A stretch of DNA of 64,000 nt from an uncultured Clostridia bacterium (GTDB taxonomy: Bacteria > Bacillota > Clostridia > Christensenellales > Aristaeellaceae): the NCBI GenBank assembly GCA_944362695.1, contig CALVTQ010000124.1, positions 34,620 through 98,619 of the forward strand. The letters run 5' to 3'. The notes under the pieces are model-generated. The model saw nothing but the letters and a program-made list of their open reading frames with translations. It was not told where the DNA came from and made no database searches. The position numbers and the translations under genes are program-made. The stretch's first letter is position 1; every line of letters begins with the position of its first letter. This document shows, piece after piece, positions 17,456-25,521 of this stretch.

Positions 17456-20221
17456 ATGAAGAAAAAGATAAATTCCTTCCTCGCGTTGATGATGGCGCTG
17501 ATGATTCTGCTCACCAGCGTCCCCGTCATGGCGGAAGAGCTTCCTTATGATACGTACAACTACGACTACTGGATCGACATCTTCAAGACCCCGGCGGCCT
17601 ACGTGCCGGAGGGCAGCGTGCTGGGCACGGACCTCACATTCAACGGTGAGTCCATCGGCGCGTTCTCCGATCCGCAGGACCTGTGCGTTGCGCCGGACGG
17701 CAGCATCTACGTCGCCGACACCGGCAACCAGCGCATCGTCGTGCTCAACAGCCGGATGACCGAGGTCACGAATGTCATCACCGGCTTTGACAACGCGGGC
17801 ATGGCCGACGGCTTCAACAAGCCCACCGGCCTGGCGATCTCCGACGACGGCGACCTGTACGTCGCCGACTCGATGAACCACCGCATCGTGCAGCTCGATC
17901 CGAACGGCGCGCTGGTGAACATCATCGAGATCCCCTCGGCGGCCGCCACGCAGGCGCTCGGCGCGAACAGCTACACCGTCGGCACGCATGTCGAGGGCAT
18001 GAGCGAGATCGCCCGGACGATGACCACCGATGCGGGCGAGACCTACGCCATCGTCAGCCTCCCGGCGGGCAGCCCGCTCGAGGCGACCGACGCGCAGGGC
18101 CTGACCTATACCGTCGTGGCTGAAAGCGACATCGTGCAGCCGTTTACCGTGACCGCGGAAAAGGACGGCGCGAAGCTGGAGCTGAGCGAAAAGGCCGACG
18201 CGATCACCTACACCGGCAAGGACGGCGCGGCGCTGGGCATTTCCACGTTCGACCCGATCCCCAACAAGGACATCTTCATTCACATCGGCCGCCTGGTCAG
18301 GAAGGCGCAGGGCAACCCTGTGAGCATGACCAAAATCTCCACGCTGAGCGTGCAGGGCGTCGCCATCGACGATGAAGGCGCGCTCTACCTCGGCGGCGAA
18401 AAGGGCATCACCAAGCTGACGAACGAGGGCGAACTTGTGCGCACGTTCTCCAGCTACAAGGACGCGGCAGGCGCGCAGGTCTCGCTGACCACCATCAGCG
18501 AGTTCGGCGTGGACGGCGACACCGTCTACATCCGCGACGACGCCAACCGTATCATCGTGCTCGACGCGGAGGGCCACCTCGAGAAGATCATCGCCAGCAA
18601 CGCCATCCGCGTGACCGACGGCGAGGGCAACGAGGTCGCCATGATCCGCCCGAGCGAGGATGACAGCGCGGACAACCCGATCGTGGGCATCGAGGTGCTC
18701 GGCGACAAGCTGATGATCGGCAGAACCGACGGCACCGTCGCCATCACGACGCTCACCGGCGAGCGCATCGCGGCCGTGGAAAACGATTCCGTGCTGCGCA
18801 TGGACGCGCAGGGCAGCATCGTCGAGACGATCACCGGCGCGGTCAGCGGCAAGACCACCGAGCGCTTCGCGGGCCTCACCGGCGTGGCGATGGCGGACGG
18901 CAAGCTCTGCGTCGCGGGCGCGGACAACCGCGTGCTCGTCATCGAGAACGGCAATGTCGTGCATACCGCGCAGAACAACTGCGTGCACGTCACGGATGTC
19001 AAGGGAAACCTGCTCGCGGAGATCACCGGCTATGAGCAGGACGGCGCGTTCGTGAAGTTCGCCGAGGTCGGCGGCGTGCAGGGCGTCGCGCTGGGCTACA
19101 CCGCCGACACGACCAAGCCCGAGACGCAGCGCGTGCAGCGCCAGATCTCCATCGCCACCAGCGAGGACGAACTGATCGTGCTGGATGCGAGCAACAATGT
19201 GACCCGCATCGTCAAGGACCCGGACAGCGAGGTGCTCGAGGACGGATACGTCTTCACGCCGCTCAAGGTGAGCGTGGACTACGCGGGCCGCGTGTACTGC
19301 GTGGCGCAGAACATGTTCGAGGGCATCATGGTCTTTGAGACCAACGGCGACTTCACCGGCTTCTTCGGCACCATCGAGGTCACGATCACCGCGTGGGAGA
19401 AGTTCTGGCGCAAGCTGGCGACCAAGGAGGAGCGCAGCAAGCAGCAGCTCTTCATCCCGACCGAGTTCACCGGCATCGACATCGACGAGGAAGGCTTCGT
19501 CTACGCCTCCAACGTCGATAACGAGGGTGTGCAGGCCGTGCGCCGCCTCAACCCCAAGGGCGAGGACGTCATCCGACTGGGCGCCAACGCAAACCTCGGC
19601 GGCGACCTCATGATCAGCGGCACGAGCCAATACGGCGGCCCGAGCAAGATCGTGGACGTCGTCTACCGCGAGAAGGGCATGTACAGCCTGCTGGACAGCA
19701 AGCGCGGCAGGATCTTCACCTACGATCATGAGGGCAACCTCCTTTACATCTTCGGCGGCATCGGCACGCAAGCCGGCACGCTGACGACGCCTGTGGCCGT
19801 GGAGTTTGCGGGCGACCGCATCCTCGCGCTGGACAGCGCACAGGCGAGCATCCTGGTCTACGCCGAGACGGAATACGGACGCCTCATCAACGAGGCGGTC
19901 GGCCTCCGCTTTGACGGCGACGAATCGCAGGCCGTCGGCCTGTGGGAGCAGGTGCTGCGCATGGACGAGAACAACGAGCTGGCCAACGTCGGCATCGGCA
20001 AGGCGTATCTCTCCGCGGGCGACAACGAGAAGGCCATGGAGTACCTCAAGCGCGGCATGAGCCAGGATTACTACTCCGTCGCGTTCAAGCGCTATCGCAA
20101 CGAGGTGCTCAAGGAGAACGTGCAAGGCATGCTCACGGGCCTGACGGTGCTGGTGATCGCGCTGGTGGTCTTCTTTAAGATCGTCAAGCCGCGCATGAAG
20201 AAGAAAGGAAGGAAGGTGTAA
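17456..20221 (+). CDS. NHL-repeat beta-propeller surface protein with C-terminal TPR-like segment and TM anchor
   Basis: Signal peptide ...LLTSVPVMAEE. Repeated blades such as PQDLCVAPDGSIYVADTGNQRIVVL and PTGLAISDDGDLYVADSMNHRIVQLD. TPR-like ELANVGIGKAYLSAGDNEKAMEYLKRG. Terminal TM LTVLVIALVVFF followed by KKKGRKV. Confidence 0.8.
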   Translation: MKKKINSFLALMMALMILLTSVPVMAEELPYDTYNYDYWIDIFKTPAAYVPEGSVLGTDLTFNGESIGAFSDPQDLCVAPDGSIYVADTGNQRIVVLNSRMTEVTNVITGFDNAGMADGFNKPTGLAISDDGDLYVADSMNHRIVQLDPNGALVNIIEIPSAAATQALGANSYTVGTHVEGMSEIARTMTTDAGETYAIVSLPAGSPLEATDAQGLTYTVVAESDIVQPFTVTAEKDGAKLELSEKADAITYTGKDGAALGISTFDPIPNKDIFIHIGRLVRKAQGNPVSMTKISTLSVQGVAIDDEGALYLGGEKGITKLTNEGELVRTFSSYKDAAGAQVSLTTISEFGVDGDTVYIRDDANRIIVLDAEGHLEKIIASNAIRVTDGEGNEVAMIRPSEDDSADNPIVGIEVLGDKLMIGRTDGTVAITTLTGERIAAVENDSVLRMDAQGSIVETITGAVSGKTTERFAGLTGVAMADGKLCVAGADNRVLVIENGNVVHTAQNNCVHVTDVKGNLLAEITGYEQDGAFVKFAEVGGVQGVALGYTADTTKPETQRVQRQISIATSEDELIVLDASNNVTRIVKDPDSEVLEDGYVFTPLKVSVDYAGRVYCVAQNMFEGIMVFETNGDFTGFFGTIEVTITAWEKFWRKLATKEERSKQQLFIPTEFTGIDIDEEGFVYASNVDNEGVQAVRRLNPKGEDVIRLGANANLGGDLMISGTSQYGGPSKIVDVVYREKGMYSLLDSKRGRIFTYDHEGNLLYIFGGIGTQAGTLTTPVAVEFAGDRILALDSAQASILVYAETEYGRLINEAVGLRFDGDESQAVGLWEQVLRMDENNELANVGIGKAYLSAGDNEKAMEYLKRGMSQDYYSVAFKRYRNEVLKENVQGMLTGLTVLVIALVVFFKIVKPRMKKKGRKV

Positions 20222-20223
20222 CC

Positions 20224-20856
20224 ATGAAAGCGCTTTTTGGCAAGGAGAAGTGGAAGCACCTCTTCTATACGGTAAGCCATCCGGCAGACGGATACTATGA
20301 GATCCGCCACAGGGACAAGGGCAGTCTGGGCATCGCGTTCCTGCTGGTGTTCATCTTCGGTCTGTGCTTTACGCTCAACCGCCTGCTCACCTCGTTCGTG
20401 GTCAACATGATCAACGTGCGCAGCGTCAACCTGCTGCCGGAGATCGCAGGCGTGCTGCTGCTCTACGTGCTGCTGTGCGTGGGCAACTGGTCGATCACAT
20501 GCCTGATGGACGGCGAGGGAAGGTTCAAGGACATCCTCATCGCCGTGGGCTACGCGATGCTGCCGATGATCGTCACCTACATCCTGGCGACGATCCTCAG
20601 CCAGTTCCTGGCGGACGGCGAGCAGGCGTTCTACTCGGTCGTCATGGGCATCGGCATCACCTACACGCTCATCATGGCGCTCACGGGCATCATGCAGGTG
20701 CACAACTACACGCTCGGCAAGACGCTGCTGACGCTGTTTCTGACGCTGATTGCGGCGTTCATCATCATCTTCCTGGTGCTGCTGATCACCAACTTCATCG
20801 GCCAGGTGGTTGCTTTCTTCCAGAGCATCTACACCGAGCTGGTCTTCAGATTCTAA
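20224..20856 (+). CDS. Yip1-like polytopic membrane protein (5 predicted TM)
   Basis: 210 aa, five hydrophobic segments. 2-nt gap after the NHL gene. Family call is from memory of similar clusters annotated YIP1 family. Confidence 0.6.
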   Translation: MKALFGKEKWKHLFYTVSHPADGYYEIRHRDKGSLGIAFLLVFIFGLCFTLNRLLTSFVVNMINVRSVNLLPEIAGVLLLYVLLCVGNWSITCLMDGEGRFKDILIAVGYAMLPMIVTYILATILSQFLADGEQAFYSVVMGIGITYTLIMALTGIMQVHNYTLGKTLLTLFLTLIAAFIIIFLVLLITNFIGQVVAFFQSIYTELVFRF

Positions 20857-20871
20857 GCGGGAGGTGGAAAT

Positions 20872-23493
20872 ATGAAGAAGAATGAAAAGAATGTTTCCGC
20901 GCCCGCCGGCAAGAAGCGCCTCCTCTGGCTGCCGGTCGTGCTGATCGTGGTGGCCATCGCGGCGATCTTCCTTGGCTGGTATCTGAACCGCTATCAGTTC
21001 TACGCGGAGCATGAGCAATACATTGCCGAGCCCGAGGCAGCGCTGCCGGGCAGCGAATTCACGGGTCTTGAGGACGCCGAGCCGAGCGTTGCGGGCATGA
21101 AGCTCGCCGCCAGCAACGACAACCTCAAGCTCTACGCCAACGAAAAGACCGGCGAGGTCGCCGTCTACGACAAGCGCACCGGGCAGACGGTCTACTCCAA
21201 CCCGCCCGAGGCCGACAGCGACGCCATCGCCAACAAGACGAACAAGGGCTACCTCAAGTCCCAGTTCCTCGTGGAATACTACAACGCGGGCCTGACGACC
21301 AACACGTATGACAGCTTCAGCAAGTGCGTGGAGCTGGGCAACATCGCGGCGGAGGCCATCGACGGCGGCGTGCGCTTCATCTACGAGGTCGGCGACGAGG
21401 TCGATATCTTCTACATCCCGCATCTGCTCTCCGACGAGCGCTTCAATGAGCTGTACGAGGGCGCGCCGGACAACGTCAAGAAGCTGATGAAGGGTCAGGA
21501 GAACTCCTTCTACATCCAGGACCCGGAGACGGGAAACTGGGTCATCGGCGAATACGGCGAGACGATGTCCGCCCGCAACCGCAACAGGATCTCCAACAGC
21601 TTTGTCGAGCAGGGCATGACCGAGGAGGAATACTTCGACTGGATGGAGAAGGCGGGCGTTGAGGGCGCCGAGACGCTGGGCTTCACCATCACGCTGGAGT
21701 GGAAGCTGCTCGAGGACGGCGTGCAGTGCACCGTCCCGGCGGACCGCATCGAGGAGCGCGGCGGCGGCAGGGTCGGCAGAATCCAGCTGCTCCCGTTCAT
21801 GGGCGCGGCCTCCACGGATGAGACGGGCTACATGGTCGTGCCCAACGGCTCCGGCTCGCTCATCCGCTTCAACAACGGCAAGACGAACACATCCGCCTAT
21901 AACCAGTACATCTACGACATGGATCTGGTCGATGCGGAATACAACAAGACCCAGAATGTGCAGCCCATCCGCCTGCCGATCTTCGCGATCTGTCGCGAGG
22001 ACAGCACGATTCTGGCGAGCATCGAGAAGGGCTCGTCGCTAGCGCTGCTGACGGCGGACATCTCGGGCCGCAGCCACACCTACAACAACGTGTACGCGAC
22101 GTTCGTGCTGCGCGGCGACGAAAAGCTCTCCATGTTCGGCGCGGGCGAGATGGCGGACATGCCGATCGTGGAAAACGACCTGTATCCCGAGACGCTGACC
22201 GTGCGCTACACGCTGCTGGGCGAGGACTACACGGGATACAGCGGCGTGGCGAGGGCCTACCGCGAGCGCCTGATCGCCGACGGCGTGCTCACGCCCAAGG
22301 CCGAGGGCGGCGACATCCCGTTCTATTACGACGTGATCGGCGGCGTGAAGGAGACGGCCCACACGATGGGCATCCAGCACCTGCGCGTCGCGCCGATGAC
22401 CACGTTTGAGCAGGCGGGCACGATGGCCGGCCAGCTCGCGAGCGCGGGCGTCGGCAACCAGGTCATGAACTTCAAGGGCTGGATGAACGGCGGCTACTAC
22501 CACGACGTGGTGGATAAGATCAAGGTGCTGCGCCAGCTGGGCGGCAAGGACGATCTGGAGAAGCTGAGCAATGCGATGGCCACGCTGGGCGGCGAATTCT
22601 ACGCCGACGCCGCGATTCAGAACGTGAGCCTCGTCTCCAAGCGCTATCGCAGCACGTCGGAGAGCTCCCGCTACTACGGCGCGGGCTACGCGGTCAGCTT
22701 CGGCGAGGTCAACCCCGCGACGCTGCGCCGCACGAGCTCGCTGGGCTATAAGGAGAACCTGTACGACCTGCTCTCCCCGCGCTTCCTGCCCTACTACGTC
22801 GGGCACTACATCGAGGCGATGGAGGACATCGACGTGTCGGGCCTGTCGCTTCGCGACATGGGCAGCGAGCTGCACGCCGACAAGAAGCGCTCCAACCTCA
22901 TCAACCGCGAGGAAGCGCTGATGGTGACCGAGGCGATGATGGATCAGTTCCAGGCCACGGGCAAGGACCTGATGATCGCCGGCGGCAACGGCTACGCGCT
23001 GGAGGGCGTCAAGCACGTCGTGGGTGTGCCGATGTCCGCGACGGAATACTTCATCGTCGATGAGACGATCCCGCTCTATCAGATGGTGACCCACGGCTGC
23101 GTCGATTACGCGGGCATGCCGATCAACACGCTGACCACACAGAACGAGCGCGAGGAGCTGCTCAAGCTCGTCGAGTACGGCGCATCGACCCGCTACATCT
23201 TCACGTGGGAAGAGGCGACGGAGATGAAGTACACCGGCCTCAACAAGTTCTACGCCACGACGTTTGACGCGTGGATGGACGAGGCCGTGGAGAACTACAA
23301 CTACGTCAACGGCGCGCTGTCCGCTGTGAGCAACGCGCAGATCCAGGAGCACTGCTCGCTGTCCGCCACGCTCAAGAAAGTGACGTACGACAACGGCACG
23401 GTCATCTACATCAACTACGGCGATGAGGCCGCAGAGGCGGACGGGGTTACGATTCCCGCCGACGATTATGTGGTGAAGGGAGGCGTGGAGTAA
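20872..23493 (+). CDS. N-terminally anchored 873-aa extracytoplasmic protein, DUF5696-like (possible TIM-barrel glycosidase-like fold)
   Basis: TM LLWLPVVLIVVAIAAIFLGWYL. Large soluble domain with GYMVVPNGSGSLIRF, NFKGWMNGGYYHD. Coding periodicity and GGAGG RBS. Family name recalled, not verified. Confidence 0.55.
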   Translation: MKKNEKNVSAPAGKKRLLWLPVVLIVVAIAAIFLGWYLNRYQFYAEHEQYIAEPEAALPGSEFTGLEDAEPSVAGMKLAASNDNLKLYANEKTGEVAVYDKRTGQTVYSNPPEADSDAIANKTNKGYLKSQFLVEYYNAGLTTNTYDSFSKCVELGNIAAEAIDGGVRFIYEVGDEVDIFYIPHLLSDERFNELYEGAPDNVKKLMKGQENSFYIQDPETGNWVIGEYGETMSARNRNRISNSFVEQGMTEEEYFDWMEKAGVEGAETLGFTITLEWKLLEDGVQCTVPADRIEERGGGRVGRIQLLPFMGAASTDETGYMVVPNGSGSLIRFNNGKTNTSAYNQYIYDMDLVDAEYNKTQNVQPIRLPIFAICREDSTILASIEKGSSLALLTADISGRSHTYNNVYATFVLRGDEKLSMFGAGEMADMPIVENDLYPETLTVRYTLLGEDYTGYSGVARAYRERLIADGVLTPKAEGGDIPFYYDVIGGVKETAHTMGIQHLRVAPMTTFEQAGTMAGQLASAGVGNQVMNFKGWMNGGYYHDVVDKIKVLRQLGGKDDLEKLSNAMATLGGEFYADAAIQNVSLVSKRYRSTSESSRYYGAGYAVSFGEVNPATLRRTSSLGYKENLYDLLSPRFLPYYVGHYIEAMEDIDVSGLSLRDMGSELHADKKRSNLINREEALMVTEAMMDQFQATGKDLMIAGGNGYALEGVKHVVGVPMSATEYFIVDETIPLYQMVTHGCVDYAGMPINTLTTQNEREELLKLVEYGASTRYIFTWEEATEMKYTGLNKFYATTFDAWMDEAVENYNYVNGALSAVSNAQIQEHCSLSATLKKVTYDNGTVIYINYGDEAAEADGVTIPADDYVVKGGVE

Positions 23494-24410
23494 TGAAAAA
23501 ATTGCATGTCTCCATGAGAACAAAGCGCGCGTTCAACGGCTGGATGTTCATCCTGCCGTGGTTCATCGGCTTCATGCTGTTCTATGTGCGCAGCCTGTAC
23601 CAGACGGTGCAGTTCTCTCTGAGCGAGCTGGCGGTTCTGCCCGCCGGCGGCTACGAGCTGGACTTCGTGGGCCTGAAGAACTACATCACGGCCTTCACCG
23701 GCCACGGCACGTTCAAGCAGACGCTCACCACGTCGCTGATGAACATGGTCATCGACGTGCCGCTGATCATCTTCTTCTCGCTGTTCGTGGCGATGCTCCT
23801 GAACCGCAAGATGAAGTGCCGCGGCCTCGTGCGCGCGATCTTCTTCCTGCCGGTTCTGCTCAACTCCGAGGCGATCTCCGGCACGCTGTCCTACGCGGCG
23901 CAGATGATGGCCGGCGGCCTGTCCAGCACCTCCGCGGAAATGGCGGAGGCGGCCTCCTCGGGCAGCGCGGTGAACATGGCGTACTTCATCGCCCTGTTCG
24001 GCGAAATCGCCCTGCCCACGGCTGTGCTTGACTACATCGTCGGCGCGGTCGGCCGAATCAGCGACATCATTCAGGCATCGGGCGTGCAGATCGTCCTGTT
24101 CATCGCGGCGCTGCAGTCCATCACCCCGTCGATGTACGAGGTGGCCAAGATCGAGGGCGCGACCGGCTACGAGACCTTCTGGAAGGTCACCTTCCCGATG
24201 GTCATGCCGCACATCATCACCAACACGATCTACACCATCGTGGACGCGTTCAGCCAGTCCGAGGTCGTCAACCTCGCCTACACGACCGCATTCACGGAGA
24301 GCAACTACGGCCTGTCCTCGTCCTTCAGCGTGATCTCCACGGTCATCACCTGTACGCTGCTGGGCGTGGTGGTCTACCTGATGTCCAAGAAGACATTCTA
24401 CTACAACTAA
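23493..24410 (+). CDS. CUT1 sugar ABC transporter permease (second pair, MalF-like)
   Basis: EAA loop EVAKIEGATGYETFWKVTFPMVMPH. Start overlaps the upstream stop (TAATG). Confidence 0.9.
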   Translation: MKKLHVSMRTKRAFNGWMFILPWFIGFMLFYVRSLYQTVQFSLSELAVLPAGGYELDFVGLKNYITAFTGHGTFKQTLTTSLMNMVIDVPLIIFFSLFVAMLLNRKMKCRGLVRAIFFLPVLLNSEAISGTLSYAAQMMAGGLSSTSAEMAEAASSGSAVNMAYFIALFGEIALPTAVLDYIVGAVGRISDIIQASGVQIVLFIAALQSITPSMYEVAKIEGATGYETFWKVTFPMVMPHIITNTIYTIVDAFSQSEVVNLAYTTAFTESNYGLSSSFSVISTVITCTLLGVVVYLMSKKTFYYN

Positions 24411-24428
24411 GGGGAGGAGGAAGCGAAC

Positions 24429-25367
24429 ATGAAAATCACCGAAAAATGGCAGGCATTCCGCAACTCTCCCCGATATGAGGACCGCAAGGGCGCGCTGATC
24501 AAGACGAGCAAGGGCGTGCTGATGAGCGTGTTCCGCATCATCCTGATCATCGGCATCGCATACGTCATCCTCTCGCCGGTGATCGGCATCGTCTCCCAGT
24601 CCTTCTTCTCGGACAGCGACTCGGCCAACCCGATGGTCTTCACCATCCCGATGAAGCCGACGCTCGAGCGCTATCAGGGTGCATGGCAGGAGCTCAAGTA
24701 TCCGACGACGCTCGCGTGGACGCTGCTGTATACGGTGCTGAACACGGTGTTCCAGGTGCTGATCTGCTCGATGGCGGGCTACGGCTTCGCGCGGTTTGAC
24801 TTCCCGCTCAAGAAGCTGATGTTCGCCTGCGTGGTGATGATGATCGTCATCCCGCAGCACACGATCATGCTCCCGCAGTACATGACGTTCCGCTCGATGG
24901 AGCTCATGCGCTCGCAGATGCCGATGTATATCCTCTCGATCTGCGGCGTCGGCCTGCGCTCCGGCCTGTACATCTACATCTTCAATCAATTTTTCCGCGG
25001 ATTGCCCAAAGAAATTGAGGAAGCGGCATTTGTCGACGGCGCCGGAACGTGGTATACTTATTTCAGGATCATGCTGGTGAACGCCATGCCGGCCGTCATT
25101 ACGGTCACCGTGTTCTCTCTGGTGTGGCAGTACAACGACATGTTCTACGCCAAGCTGTTCCAGATCCCCAACGCGCAGCTGCTCGCCCGCCAGCTCTCCA
25201 CGCTGCAGAGCAACGTCGGCGCGAACCTCAAGATCCTCAACGTCAGCATCCAGAAGCTCTACGTCAACGCGGGCGTGGTGCTGACCATCCTGCCGATCCT
25301 GCTGATTTACCTGCTGCTCCAGAAGCGCTTCGTCGAGGGCGTGGAGCGCTCGGGCATCGTCGGCTAA
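24429..25367 (+). CDS. CUT1 sugar ABC transporter permease (second pair, MalG-like)
   Basis: EAA loop EAAFVDGAGTWYTYFRIMLVNAMPA. GGGGAGGAGG RBS. Confidence 0.9.
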   Translation: MKITEKWQAFRNSPRYEDRKGALIKTSKGVLMSVFRIILIIGIAYVILSPVIGIVSQSFFSDSDSANPMVFTIPMKPTLERYQGAWQELKYPTTLAWTLLYTVLNTVFQVLICSMAGYGFARFDFPLKKLMFACVVMMIVIPQHTIMLPQYMTFRSMELMRSQMPMYILSICGVGLRSGLYIYIFNQFFRGLPKEIEEAAFVDGAGTWYTYFRIMLVNAMPAVITVTVFSLVWQYNDMFYAKLFQIPNAQLLARQLSTLQSNVGANLKILNVSIQKLYVNAGVVLTILPILLIYLLLQKRFVEGVERSGIVG

Positions 25368-25383
25368 GAAACGTTTTAAGCGG

Positions 25384-25470
25384 AGATGCGCATCTTCGTT
25401 TAATAGGCAGGGATTTGCATCCCTGTGTCGAAACCCTAAGGTAAACCCTATGGCAACCCCTGGTCACCCC
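25384..25470 (+). other. Structured intra-operon spacer: two hairpins followed by four phased A(A)CCC(U) repeats
   Basis: AGAT-GCGC-ATCT (25384-25395). CAGGGAT-TTGC-ATCCCTG (25408-25425). AACCCTAAGGTAAACCCTATGGCAACCCCTGGTCACCCC (25432-25470). Confidence 0.4.
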
Positions 25471-25521
25471 GAAGGAAAAGATCCAAACTCCCGAGAGGGA
25501 GGAAAAGAGGAGGTCACTGAA

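Noticed and set aside
12338-20125. Very long minus-strand ORFs (12338..15667, 1109 aa; 16370..20125, 1251 aa)
   Set aside because: They are antisense to the well-supported SBP, permease and NHL genes. They are low-complexity and Arg/His/Asp/Val/Leu-rich with no motifs, a GC-driven lack of stop codons. The same reasoning applies to 20092..21423, 22039..23523, 23466..24989, 25264..27282, 27329..28543, 30867..32954, 32773..34278, 34669..36000, 36859..38574, 39367..41217, 47033..48322, 48709..50934, 51664..53448, 54931..56529, 56674..59376 and 59358..60380 on the minus strand, and to 7410..9137, 28818..30707, 60318..61535 and 61448..62395 on the plus strand.
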